Shown here: one piece after another, positions 30,872 to 40,817 of the stretch | Numbering within the stretch: the stretch's first letter is position 1 | Layout: every line of letters begins with the position of its first letter | Source: a bacterium | GTDB taxonomy: Bacteria > Electryoneota > Electryoneia > Electryoneales > Electryoneaceae | Length of the DNA stretch: 64,000 nucleotides | Assembly: GCA_963669175.1 (NCBI GenBank) | Contig: OY769902.1 | Coordinates: 3,968,001 to 4,032,000 of the forward strand | Direction of reading: 5' to 3' | Notes under the pieces: generated by a model | Seen by the model: only the letters and a program-made list of their open reading frames with translations | Told to the model about the DNA's origin: nothing | Databases searched by the model: none | Made by a program: the position numbers and the translations under genes

Positions 30872-30940
30872 CCACTATCAACTGAAAACCTACCGGAAAT
30901 ATTTCCTAATAGTAAGTAGAACAGGTTTCAGATTCTAGAA

Positions 30941-30973
30941 CCTCGAGATCCCCGGTCAGGCTCGGGAATGACA
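30941..30973 (-). repeat. Solo REP-like palindrome (TGTCAT-CCC family)
   Basis: Reverse complement tgtcattcccgagcctgaccggggatctcgagg resembles the units of the 60366-60928 array. Confidence 0.7.
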
Positions 30974-31020
30974 TGATGGAACATGGTTGACAAGCTTTAC
31001 TGCTATTCCCTTCATTCACG

Positions 31021-31056
31021 AAAGCGGGACTGACATCGTTGTCAGTCCCGCTTTTT
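31021..31056. terminator. Bidirectional intrinsic terminator
   Basis: Perfect 15-bp stem aaagcgggactgaca-tcgt-tgtcagtcccgcttt between convergent units. Confidence 0.85.
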
Positions 31057-31075
31057 ATCTCAAAAAATCGTACTC

Positions 31076-31570
31076 TCAATCCTGTTTGACAATCTGCACC
31101 ATCTTGAACTCTTCCAGACGGTCAGTCCGTTTCACACGTTTGCCTTCGATAAGCGGCGGATGGTACCAGGCATAATCCACATGTCCCTGTGCGGATGCCA
31201 GGATCAGGCAATCCGGCTTGGCCACCTGGTACAGAAATTCGCTATCCTGAGGATTGGCGTAAGCATGAATTATTTTCGTCTTTTCATCGAGCCATGCCTT
31301 TCCTTTCCCGGAATGCAGACGTAACGCTACTCCCTTGGGAAGGACTCCATTCAGTTTGGCGACCAGCGCTTCTTTCTTTTCGACATTATCTCCAAAACCA
31401 ATATACACAAGATGCCTGATTTCCAAACCATCCAGCTTTACATCCTGCTGGCCGGGATTACGAATCTGCACCCATTCATCGTTCAGGATTTCGTTGGGTA
31501 CCCACTTGTTCATCCACGCATGCTTTTTTCGTGGTTGAACCATCGCAGCTTCAATAAAGATAACAGGCAT
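31076..31570 (-). CDS. Hypothetical protein, lamin-tail-domain-like
   Basis: EWVQIRNPGQQDVKLDGLEI resembles the LTD motif EWxExxN...VDLxG; no signal peptide. Confidence 0.65.
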   Translation of the reverse strand: MPVIFIEAAMVQPRKKHAWMNKWVPNEILNDEWVQIRNPGQQDVKLDGLEIRHLVYIGFGDNVEKKEALVAKLNGVLPKGVALRLHSGKGKAWLDEKTKIIHAYANPQDSEFLYQVAKPDCLILASAQGHVDYAWYHPPLIEGKRVKRTDRLEEFKMVQIVKQD

Positions 31571-31760
31571 GTTCCGCTCGGTCCCCTCAATACTATACCG
31601 AACCCTTTTGTAAGAATTTACAACAACTTTCTTCGTTTACAAATCCTTTTCAAACAATTAGATGCACAACTGGTCTCCAACAAGAAAGGAAAAGCCTGCC
31701 GACAACTTCACATGTATAAGTCGTCAACAGGCCCAATGTAAAGTCTTACTTTTTCTACAA

Positions 31761-32675
31761 TTAGTCAACCAATGCAACAGCCAGCAATGTAGAAAGCGCC
31801 AGCCTTTCAGCCCCATCAGCACGTCCCGCAAGGGCTACAGGCGTCATTCCACCTACCATCACAGAACCGGCTTGGGCGCCACATAGAGTCACTGCCGACT
31901 GGTAGATAGTACGTGAGACTGTCAGGTTCGGACCGATTATTCCATCCGCTTGTCCGGCAACCTCACCCTTCGCCTTTTTCTTCTCCGCTGCCATTTTATT
32001 GACCGCGATATCCAGGGAAATTGGGCCTTCGACAAAGACGTTGTCATCAGTAAAACGATCCGCTACTTCAGCAGCAACCATCGTAGAAGGCATACCTGGA
32101 TTTTTCACTTCCACCGCAGAAAGCATCCCGACACGCGGCTTATCAATACCGGACTTGAGCAAGGTATTGACAAGATGGCGAGTGATTTTCTCCAACTGGT
32201 CAACATCAGGTTCGGGACGGACAGCCATATCCGCAACCCATAAGAGCTTTTCACGGTTCGGGAAAGCAAGCGCGGCAATTCCGCATGTCCCCAGTTCGCT
32301 GTTGAAGAAATTCTTTTCCGATTTCCTCAGGAACTTGAAATTGCGCAACATGGCATCCGCACCGAAACACAGTGCATCCAGCCCGCCAGCTTCCACCGAC
32401 TCGATCAACGTCGTAACTCGCGATTCACGGTCTACCGCATCGGCAATGATAAAGTCACCGATGTTAAAATTGAACCGTGCAAGCGCATTTCGCAGCAGAT
32501 CTTCATCACCGTAAAGCACCGGACTCACCCACCCCTGCTGAAGCGGTATCTTCAATGATCCCATTACGGGAAAATCGCCTGCGCTGAGGATGAAGCCAAC
32601 CTTGTAGGGACGGCCACGGTCTTTTACCCGCTGAACGACCAGCTCGCGTATTGGATCAAACAGTTTGTTCGCCAT
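31761..32675 (-). CDS. Phosphate butyryl/acetyltransferase family protein (divergent paralog)
   Basis: MLSAVEVKNPGMPST, EGPISLDIAV, GEVAGQAD. Confidence 0.85.
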   Translation of the reverse strand: MANKLFDPIRELVVQRVKDRGRPYKVGFILSAGDFPVMGSLKIPLQQGWVSPVLYGDEDLLRNALARFNFNIGDFIIADAVDRESRVTTLIESVEAGGLDALCFGADAMLRNFKFLRKSEKNFFNSELGTCGIAALAFPNREKLLWVADMAVRPEPDVDQLEKITRHLVNTLLKSGIDKPRVGMLSAVEVKNPGMPSTMVAAEVADRFTDDNVFVEGPISLDIAVNKMAAEKKKAKGEVAGQADGIIGPNLTVSRTIYQSAVTLCGAQAGSVMVGGMTPVALAGRADGAERLALSTLLAVALVD

Positions 32676-33682
32676 CAGCCAACGTCCTCCCCGTTTCCTG
32701 CATCATTGTAAGGCGGCAGTGGCTCAAAACCTCTCTGCTCATAATCAGCAAGACATACTGCCAACGCGATGGAAGACATTTTGTTCAACATGGAATCGCT
32801 TCTTGAGACCAGACTGATCGGCACTTTCGCCCCGGAAATAACCCCCATGAAAACAGCTCCTCCGAATTGAATCAGAGCTTTGGCGGTGATGTTCACTCCT
32901 TCAATGGAATGACCGAGAAGAATATCAGCTCGTCCGGCGACCTTGTAATCCGCTTTCAGGCCCATGATGCTGGGATCAGTCACAACCAGGTCCAGCGGCA
33001 GCGGTCCTTCGGGAACCATGAAGTTGGCCCAGCGCTTCTTCAAATCCGCAACAAGATCCCTGGCCTGGACAGTTTCCGGGACGGCGTCACGAACCTGTTC
33101 AATTGGTCCCATGACCGCAAGGTGCGGTTTCACAATCCCCATGGCGCGCATGACATTGACTGCATTGGCAGCAATGGTCATTTTCTGTTCATGCGTCGGC
33201 TTGATCAGTGTCCCGCCATCGGTAAGGTTCAGCAGCTTACCGTACTTGGGAATGGAAAGGACTGCGCTATGGCTGACCAGTTCACGGTCACGCAATCCAT
33301 AGGTATGACTCAGGAGAGTTTTCAGCAGGACTGATGTCTTCAGGAAACCTTTCATCACCACATCGGCTTCCCCTGCTCCTGCAAGTTCTGCGGTTTTTAT
33401 TGCAGCTTCATATTCATCTGCAACCGCAACGATTTCAAATGCGTCACGCGGTACTTCCGCAAGGTCCAGCGCTTCATACACGCGGTCCGGATATCCGACC
33501 AGGATCGCATCGCTGATACCTTCGTTTTTACAGCCCCACATGGCAGCCAGAACATCATCCTCTTCCGCGGCAGCTACGACTACCTTGGAGAGACCACGCA
33601 CCTTGCCAATCTCGCATGCGCGCGCGATGACATCCTCATGAGAACGAAGTGGAGCCTGCAAGAATGGTAGATCACTCATCAT
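32675..33682 (-). CDS. ptb: Phosphate butyryltransferase
   Basis: ADVVMKG, LTDGG, EGPLPLD, VAGRADIL, GAKVPISLVSRSD. Confidence 0.88.
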   Translation of the reverse strand: MMSDLPFLQAPLRSHEDVIARACEIGKVRGLSKVVVAAAEEDDVLAAMWGCKNEGISDAILVGYPDRVYEALDLAEVPRDAFEIVAVADEYEAAIKTAELAGAGEADVVMKGFLKTSVLLKTLLSHTYGLRDRELVSHSAVLSIPKYGKLLNLTDGGTLIKPTHEQKMTIAANAVNVMRAMGIVKPHLAVMGPIEQVRDAVPETVQARDLVADLKKRWANFMVPEGPLPLDLVVTDPSIMGLKADYKVAGRADILLGHSIEGVNITAKALIQFGGAVFMGVISGAKVPISLVSRSDSMLNKMSSIALAVCLADYEQRGFEPLPPYNDAGNGEDVG

Positions 33683-33781
33683 GCAGCCCGTTGTATAACC
33701 GTTTCAATGAAAAATGTAAACCGGAAGATATTACAATGCCGGTACTGAAGAAACGGACAGGGAGCACTTTTACGCCGGAAA

Positions 33782-36700
33782 TTACCTGATAAGCAGAAGC
33801 CTTTCTACTTTATTGACATTGTACGCTTCCGACTGAATCCTGGCGAAGTAAATCCCCGACGCCAGATCACCGTGAGTATTCCATTCAAGCTGATGTTTTC
33901 CCGCGGACAGCATACCATAAGTGAGTTGCGCAACCTGACGTCCCAGGATATCAAAAACCCTGATCGAAAGATCCGCCTGCCCGGGCAATTCAATCTGCCA
34001 CGCAACAGAAGGGTTAAAAGGGTTTGGATATGCAGAACTTAGCGAGAAGACGGATGGTAAAGCCGTATCATCTGTCCCAACAGAATGAACATACATGGTC
34101 ACCGGAACAGTCGTGGTATCTTCAAGTCCCGGCCTGATAATATCCAGGAAAGAATAATAATAGCCTCGTGAAAGCCCGGTCGCGTCAAAGGAAAGCGCCA
34201 GTGTGTCTGCCTGTGATGCGTCCAGGGTTCCGTATTTGGGAAAGACATCGGCATACGCTACAGCGTTTCCAAGCTTGTAAAGCTTCAACTGGCCAATTGT
34301 CTGCCCCGCATCAATGAGAACCACGGGGAACACCCAGGTGTTCTCCATTCCTTCTATTCCCGTGCCGCAATCAGCTCCGACAATCACAACCCCATTGTCA
34401 GTAGATGCATAATCCTCTATGATTTCCGAATCACCGGTTTCAGGATTCACACGGTATATGCGTGGCACCCCGCCGGTCGCGGTAGTCGCGTACAACGGCA
34501 TGCCTTCCGGATCAAACGGATACCACCCGACAGCCTGAATATTGCGATCAATGCTTATTTCATTTTGAATCACACCATCCCGGTCAACCGCGACCATATC
34601 CGATGCCCCGTTTGAGCACCAGAACCAGTCATGATCGGGATCATAGGTTATTCCCCGGTTGACGTCAAACGGGGCCGGTATTGAATCCAGAATTTCGCCG
34701 GACGTATCGAAACCGATAATCCAGTCGTATTCTGTCCCGTAAAGCAATTCACCATCTGAAGCCAGGTCGTAAAAACCGTAGAAGGAGGTGGTCGGCTGGT
34801 CCACCTCGGCCACCATGTCACCGGCAGCATTGAAGAAATAGATTTTATTGGGATTCACATTACCATTTCCGCCTGCCACTGCGATCAGGCCATCCAGAAT
34901 AGCAGTTCCGGTCAATCGTGTGTCGCCGGATGCTTCCATGATATCAAAATCACCATCCAGCGTCCAGGGAATCACCTGCTCAGCATCCTGAACCCGCCAT
35001 TGCAGTGACCACATGGTTTCACCAATACCTTCGTTCGACAAAACCAGCAGCGTATCCAGTATATCATCTTCATTGATATCAAAGGAAAGCGCTTCCGGTA
35101 CAGGCACAATGCGTGGACGAGTCAGGTAAGCGAAAACCTCGGTAGTATCCCCATCAGTCACTGTAATCGTATCTGTAAAATCATTATAACCAGTTTTACT
35201 AATCGTAATCACCCAATCACCTATGGGTTGATTCTGAATAATAAAATATCCCTGTTCATCGGATTGAACTGCTCCGCCCTCTTCAATGGAAATCGTTGCC
35301 CCTTCAAGGGCTTCTTCCGAGAAGTCGTCCCAGACATTGCCGGCAACAACACCGGTAATGGGTGGAGTATCGATGAAGCCCTTGTTGTAGCAAGCTATGG
35401 CAATGGCCGTAAAATTCGCACCGCCATTCAACTGTTGATCTGCGGTTAACAAGGTTTGCGCCGCATCTTCAACCGTTGTACCATAAGCCCAGTAAAAATG
35501 CGCCTGGATCACAACAGCATCGGCAATATCAGCGCCGATATCGTCACGAATACTCCAGAGACAGCTCGACCAGATCTGGCCGTCATGATGAATATTTGCC
35601 CCACCCAGCCAATCATCGGGATAAACCCCGGCATAATCCAGCACACGACCGTCCCAGTATGGATTATGTCCATCCCAATTGGCAAACCAGGTATCATGAT
35701 AGTCGCTTTGCCTTGCACTGAATGTACCAGCCCAATAATCGCTGAAACCTTCACCCAAGGCCCCGGAATGACCTCCACCAAGGTTCGGAATCTGGTCATG
35801 CTGAATCGCATGGCCGTATTCATGGTAGATGATATCTGCGTCTTCCGCATCATCGACCCCGCCTTCACCCCAGGCGAGACGGTTTGTCGCAGGGATGTAA
35901 TGGGAGTTGTCCGCTCCATCCAATCCATGCGGATCACACTGTATGGGACCATTCTGCACATTATCAAAACCCAGTTCCTGTAAATGTCGCTGTGCATGAT
36001 CTATATGATAGTACACCATGACATCTTCGAACCCCGACTCTGATCGAGTGAAATTAAAAGCATCCGGATCTGCGGCGGTCACAGGGGTTGTATATGGCGA
36101 CTCAAAATCAGCCAGTTCTACATACGGACCTGCGAGTTCATATTCATCGCCGGATTGAGTCAAATCCAGCAAATCTACCTGGAAACGCTCATCATTCAGC
36201 TCGTCGCAGTCCGCATCGTTATTATCCGAATACGAACCACCGTAAGTCGTCTCTGCTGTGGTCAAAGGATCCGGGTTGAAGACATGACCGCTGCCATCGA
36301 CATAACACATGCGGTCAATTACTTCAAGTAGCTCACCGTTGTGCGCATCCCATAACACTTCCCAATCCCCCATCGGGTTCATGGATGCGAAGGATACATG
36401 CCAGGCCAGGTGATCATCGCCATCTTGATCACGATAAGCGACCAGCTCCGTTTCCGGATCGCTGAGATCCGGTTGCGCCCCACGAAGCGCCTGCTTTGTC
36501 TTCTCGTGGGCTTCTTCTGCAGAAAAAGACGGCACAAGGGAGGTCAACGTAATCCCCGGGTAGGGATTGATGATCGCCATCAGGATTTTATCGCTGGCCA
36601 TAGATACGTTCAGGAACGCACGATAGACAGGAATGCCTTCATAGACCTGCTGCATGTGTACATGTGTGCCGCCCGAGCTTTCCTTGACGGTCACCAGTTG

Positions 36701-37000
36701 AAAATCCTCAAATCCATCCAGGTTACCGATTTCCTGCTTGTGCGCCCGGAGAAATTCCCGAGCAATGAATTCTGATGATTTACCGCTATAGCGTTCATTC
36801 ACGTTATACCATGCGAGAGTTACCCCGGATTCAGCGTCTACACGCTTGTTTTCCAGCATCTTGTACGGTCGCTCGTAGCGAGGCGAGACCAAGTCAGTAT
36901 CTGAATCAGCAGGTTTCGCTGCGAAGCATAGAGTCGACGCGAACGTAATACCAATGAGAAAAATGGCCACAAAAGTGGCGGCATACCGTCTTTCCAGCAT
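33782..37000 (-). CDS. T9SS-secreted M36/M4-type (fungalysin/thermolysin-like) zinc metallopeptidase
   Basis: Signal peptide, FTP/PepSY-like propeptide, HEYGH plus GEGFSD zinc motif, carboxypeptidase-regulatory-like domain, AYPNPFNP CTD. Start at 37000 or 37030. Confidence 0.9.
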   Translation of the reverse strand: MLERRYAATFVAIFLIGITFASTLCFAAKPADSDTDLVSPRYERPYKMLENKRVDAESGVTLAWYNVNERYSGKSSEFIAREFLRAHKQEIGNLDGFEDFQLVTVKESSGGTHVHMQQVYEGIPVYRAFLNVSMASDKILMAIINPYPGITLTSLVPSFSAEEAHEKTKQALRGAQPDLSDPETELVAYRDQDGDDHLAWHVSFASMNPMGDWEVLWDAHNGELLEVIDRMCYVDGSGHVFNPDPLTTAETTYGGSYSDNNDADCDELNDERFQVDLLDLTQSGDEYELAGPYVELADFESPYTTPVTAADPDAFNFTRSESGFEDVMVYYHIDHAQRHLQELGFDNVQNGPIQCDPHGLDGADNSHYIPATNRLAWGEGGVDDAEDADIIYHEYGHAIQHDQIPNLGGGHSGALGEGFSDYWAGTFSARQSDYHDTWFANWDGHNPYWDGRVLDYAGVYPDDWLGGANIHHDGQIWSSCLWSIRDDIGADIADAVVIQAHFYWAYGTTVEDAAQTLLTADQQLNGGANFTAIAIACYNKGFIDTPPITGVVAGNVWDDFSEEALEGATISIEEGGAVQSDEQGYFIIQNQPIGDWVITISKTGYNDFTDTITVTDGDTTEVFAYLTRPRIVPVPEALSFDINEDDILDTLLVLSNEGIGETMWSLQWRVQDAEQVIPWTLDGDFDIMEASGDTRLTGTAILDGLIAVAGGNGNVNPNKIYFFNAAGDMVAEVDQPTTSFYGFYDLASDGELLYGTEYDWIIGFDTSGEILDSIPAPFDVNRGITYDPDHDWFWCSNGASDMVAVDRDGVIQNEISIDRNIQAVGWYPFDPEGMPLYATTATGGVPRIYRVNPETGDSEIIEDYASTDNGVVIVGADCGTGIEGMENTWVFPVVLIDAGQTIGQLKLYKLGNAVAYADVFPKYGTLDASQADTLALSFDATGLSRGYYYSFLDIIRPGLEDTTTVPVTMYVHSVGTDDTALPSVFSLSSAYPNPFNPSVAWQIELPGQADLSIRVFDILGRQVAQLTYGMLSAGKHQLEWNTHGDLASGIYFARIQSEAYNVNKVERLLLIR

Positions 37001-37361
37001 GAATCCTTTTACCTCCGGCTCGAAGTACATCTTGCATTGATAAAGTAGATACGCATGATCATGCAGGCAAGTTGCATTGTTGCTTCATACTCGCCGACAA
37101 GATTCAGAAGAAAAGCAACCACCTTTTGTATGTGCAAGATTCATGCACTTGGTTAGATGCACTGGTATGCCAAGCGTTGCATACTTCATACTGGTTAGCC
37201 CCTTCACCTGCTTGTGCATGTCATTCACAGGTCCGCGTAAACCATACCCTTCACTTTTGCTGTCTTCATATCTTGAAAAAGGAACTGCCTCCTCGGAAAA
37301 GTATTGAATTTTTTTTACCTACCAGTTTTTTTTCATCTGCCTTTTCCTCCTGAGAAGAATG

Positions 37362-37377
37362 TGGCATGTGGGTTGCC
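37362..37377 (+). promoter_or_regulatory. Putative sigma-54 promoter
   Basis: TGGCATGTGGGTTGCC (GG-N10-GC), ~105 bp upstream of a small ORF. Confidence 0.6.
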
Positions 37378-37482
37378 TTATACGGTACAGAACGTCAACA
37401 CCTCAAGTTCACAGATGGTTGACAATAGATAATGTGACAAGGACTTGGGAAACGGACGGAACTAACGGTGAGGAGGCCCCAG

Positions 37483-37698
37483 ATGAGTTACCTGCCAATC
37501 CACAAGCAACGGCGCGGAAAAAGAACTGTTTCGGGTCGTGGGTCCAACACCGGCCACTGCGCCTGCTGCGGAAAGAAAGCCAATTGGCGATCTGTGTATA
37601 ACCGCTGCTGGCGGTGTGAAATGGACGAACTTCGCACCCGGCGCCCCATTCATCTGGATCATGACCTGCTGGTTTCATTAACCGGTGTGCGTGACTAG
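37483..37698 (+). CDS. Small basic CxxC...CxxC zinc-finger protein (71 aa)
   Basis: GAGGAGG RBS, CACC and CWRC motifs, own terminator downstream. Confidence 0.65.
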   Translation: MSYLPIHKQRRGKRTVSGRGSNTGHCACCGKKANWRSVYNRCWRCEMDELRTRRPIHLDHDLLVSLTGVRD

Positions 37699-37721
37699 AT
37701 GCAAAGATGTTTCAGTTTTGC

Positions 37722-37753
37722 AGCCGTGTCCCTTTGGGATGCGGTTTTTCTTT
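37722..37753 (+). terminator. Intrinsic terminator
   Basis: agccgtgtccc-ttt-gggatgcggtt followed by a T-rich tail. Confidence 0.75.
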
Positions 37754-37818
37754 GTCCAATTTTGTATCTTTGATCTCGAAAAGAACTTCCACGCTTATCC
37801 ATTCACCTGGAAAAAAGA

Positions 37819-38640
37819 ATGCTTTCTTACCTGTCAGCTCAAAGAAGTCAGCATTTGTTCTTCCCCCTTTTCTGCTTAGCCTTGATTGCAGTCTTGAGTG
37901 CCGGATGTATTGATGATGACGAAGAGAATGATTCTCCGGTAAAGGAACTCTATCAATGGGCCGAGTTTACCCTGGATGAATCGCGTGGCGGATTATATGG
38001 GCGAACGGAACGACCTTTGCTTGCCTGGCAGGAGATAACCTTCTGGTTCCCCAATGGTTGGGATGCGGGGAATAACAATGTCTCCCTCACCCTGCTTTGT
38101 CTTCATGAGAATGATTCAGAGATCATAGGCACACCATGCACAGGTACACTCACTTATGACCCGATGCAGGATGTATATACCGGTTATTTTGTGCCAGCCT
38201 ATACCGGTGACTGGTATTTTGAACTAACTCTGCACAGCCCGAACGCATATGAGATGTCACAGGACCAGGTGCGAGTCGTTCAACCAGATACCCACCCACG
38301 TGTGAAAGCTCTCAATACATCACGATTTCAGCAGGTGTTGTCCGTTTTCGAACCTGCCAACGCACAAGCAGGAATTCAGGATTTTTCTGTGGGAATCTGG
38401 TCGCCACAGGGCGGCATGCTGACCTTTCAACAGGATACAACTTTTCAACTTGATCTCAGGGTGTTCAAACTGCTGACAGGACAGGAATCTTCATCCAATA
38501 TTGCACCGGTTCATGTTGGCGATGGCGTGTACGAGGGAGAAGTCAATTTCCCGTCTTCAGGCACCTGGGGGGTCACACTCATGAACCAGTTTGAATCATT
38601 TTCCGACACACTCACAACATTCTACTTCACCGTCAACTAG
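37819..38640 (+). CDS. Lipoprotein with YtkA/FixH-like C-terminal domain
   Basis: Lipobox SAGC plus acidic stretch; GVYEGEVNFPSSGTW motif. Confidence 0.75.
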   Translation: MLSYLSAQRSQHLFFPLFCLALIAVLSAGCIDDDEENDSPVKELYQWAEFTLDESRGGLYGRTERPLLAWQEITFWFPNGWDAGNNNVSLTLLCLHENDSEIIGTPCTGTLTYDPMQDVYTGYFVPAYTGDWYFELTLHSPNAYEMSQDQVRVVQPDTHPRVKALNTSRFQQVLSVFEPANAQAGIQDFSVGIWSPQGGMLTFQQDTTFQLDLRVFKLLTGQESSSNIAPVHVGDGVYEGEVNFPSSGTWGVTLMNQFESFSDTLTTFYFTVN

Positions 38641-39523
38641 CAACTTGGACTGGCTCACCGGAGATAAACATCTCCGCCATTTCCAGGTGCATGGAAGCGA
38701 AATCCTCAAACCGTTCCCGTGCTGCTTCATCCATGTTCAGAAGCGTGAACAGCGCCGGATCAACTTCTGTCCGGGATACCTGGATGCCATTGTGAATACC
38801 GACTGAATTGCAATACATGTTTGCGACAGTGACAACTTGCGACAGGAAAGGCAGTTCTTCAATATCTTCCAGGTCGTTGTGATGATCTTCAACCGCCAGC
38901 GCAACCGCTTCATCTACCGGCCACCATTGCCTGATGTACAGACCACCCACTTTAGCATGATTGATCCCATAGGACTCTTCTTCATGAGTAGCCAGCAGCA
39001 GGTGGTCGCGATCCTCGATATCACCCGCTACCCGGTGCAGCAATTCCCTGTATCCTTCCGGGATAAGATGAGCGAACACCATGATCCCGATATCATGCAT
39101 CAATCCTGCCATGTACGCCAGGTTTTCCACAAACTTCCCCGTCCGGCAAACACGGCAGATCGCCTGTGCAACATAGGCTGTGCCCATACAATGCTTCCAG
39201 AACGCTCGCTGGTCGACAAATCCTATCGATTCGAAAAGACGCAACACGGAAAGCGAATACACAATGTTTCGCGCTTCAAGAAGCCCGATACGTATAATCG
39301 CTTCCCTGAGGTCTGTTATCCGGCGAGTTGCACCAAATAACACGCTGTTTGACACTTGCAGCACTTTCCCGGCCATCACCGGGTCAGTGTGCATCATGCC
39401 GGCGAGTTCACGGATCTTTACTTCCGGATCGGCGACAAGATTCTGGACACGAAGCACTGTCTCCGGAATAGCCGGCAACTCCGCTTCGCTTTGAATCAAA
39501 GACTGTATGCTTTTAAGATTCAT
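38633..39523 (-). CDS. HDOD domain protein
   Basis: LPAIPE, DPVMAGKVLQVSNS, FWKHC, GLMHDIG, HH. Confidence 0.92.
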   Translation of the reverse strand: MNLKSIQSLIQSEAELPAIPETVLRVQNLVADPEVKIRELAGMMHTDPVMAGKVLQVSNSVLFGATRRITDLREAIIRIGLLEARNIVYSLSVLRLFESIGFVDQRAFWKHCMGTAYVAQAICRVCRTGKFVENLAYMAGLMHDIGIMVFAHLIPEGYRELLHRVAGDIEDRDHLLLATHEEESYGINHAKVGGLYIRQWWPVDEAVALAVEDHHNDLEDIEELPFLSQVVTVANMYCNSVGIHNGIQVSRTEVDPALFTLLNMDEAARERFEDFASMHLEMAEMFISGEPVQVAS

Positions 39524-39800
39524 GGCAGGCCTCCGCCGCATACCACACTGTTCAGCGGAAACCTACTGAAAATAAAGGATAAAAAAACAAACGTGCTCTC
39601 ACGCACAGGAGAAATGTGAGGAATAACACAGGCATGAAGACTATAATTCACCCTTACCTGTTGTTATTATTGAGCTTTTTCAATCCCAAGTCCAAAGCTA
39701 AAATCATACTCATTTTCCACGAACGCTGAACTGCGAAGTGTACTGCCACACAATTCTGCAACCGAGTTATTATTCCGGCACCAAGCTTAACAGTTTATTA

Positions 39801-40667
39801 TCAAGCACTTGCTATAAACATATCAGCCAATTCCAAGTGAATACCGGCCATATCCTCAAACTTCGCAAAGGTCTCTTCGTTCATTTGGAGAATTTCGAAA
39901 TAACGGGGATTGAAATCTTCATCGTGGACCTGTACTCCACTGAACACACCATGTGAGTTGCAATAGTGATTCGCAGCCACAACCGCCTGAGTAATGAACG
40001 GCGCACGTTCAATATCATCGATCTCGTCATGATGATGTTCAATAGCGTCAATGACCGTCTCCTCCACCGGCCACCAGTGTTTCACATACAACGCGCCTGC
40101 TCTGGGATGGTCAATGCGAAACGCATCCTCTTCCGCATTTACCAGCAGCATGTGTGACAGGTTGCTGATATCGCCGGAAACACGCCCGAGCAGAGTGGAA
40201 TAACTATCAGGCACCAGGTAGCCGAATACCATGATGCCCACATCGTGCATCAGGCCTGCGATATAACCCATATCCTCAGCATCTTTACCGGCTCGTAACA
40301 CACGGCAGATCGACTGGGTAAGGAAACCGACAGACAAACAGTGTTTCCAGTATTTCTTCTGATCAATGCCTTTCACATCTGAGAAAAGTTCCAGCACACT
40401 AACCGAGTACGCGATATTGCGCGACTGTTGCAGCCCGATTCGCACGATTGCCTGCTTTACATCCGAGATTGTTGCCCGTCCCCCAAACAGGGCGCTGTTG
40501 GCAACTTGTACCACACGTCCGGCAATGGCAGGATCAGACTGCATGAGCTTGGCCAGGGAACCGAAATTTACGTCTGGGTCAGCCAGCAGCTTTTGAATGC
40601 GTAATACGATGTCCGGAATGGCGGGCAGGTCACCCTTCGATTTGATAATCTCGACGAGATCGCGCAT
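39801..40667 (-). CDS. HDOD domain protein (tandem paralog)
   Basis: LPAIPD, DPAIAGRVVQVANS, YWKHC, GLMHDVG, WWPV. Confidence 0.92.
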   Translation of the reverse strand: MRDLVEIIKSKGDLPAIPDIVLRIQKLLADPDVNFGSLAKLMQSDPAIAGRVVQVANSALFGGRATISDVKQAIVRIGLQQSRNIAYSVSVLELFSDVKGIDQKKYWKHCLSVGFLTQSICRVLRAGKDAEDMGYIAGLMHDVGIMVFGYLVPDSYSTLLGRVSGDISNLSHMLLVNAEEDAFRIDHPRAGALYVKHWWPVEETVIDAIEHHHDEIDDIERAPFITQAVVAANHYCNSHGVFSGVQVHDEDFNPRYFEILQMNEETFAKFEDMAGIHLELADMFIASA

Positions 40668-40817
40668 CTATTCCTCCCAAATACCTACGCTGCGTTAAAG
40701 GATTCCCCAATATAAACGGCCACACTGCACAAAACCAGTACGCGGCGTATCAGAATGTATCAATTCTTAACGGATTGCGTGGTGCGAGTGGTCCATTGCA
40801 CCTGCTATGGTCCACTA

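Larger units (their letters stand above)
29119..30906 (+). mobile_element. Unclassified IS-like element encoding two DUF1670-like proteins
   Basis: Left TIR ggaaatacttccggtaggttt (29119-29139) matches right TIR aaacctaccggaaatatttcc (30886-30906) at 20/21 positions. TAA direct repeats at 29116-29118 and 30907-30909. Confidence 0.85.

Noticed and set aside
37445-37585. Cobalamin riboswitch (gggaa...gccactg...ggaaag)
   Set aside because: Other core elements are missing, and the stretch is better explained as the RBS and coding region of the small Zn-finger ORF.
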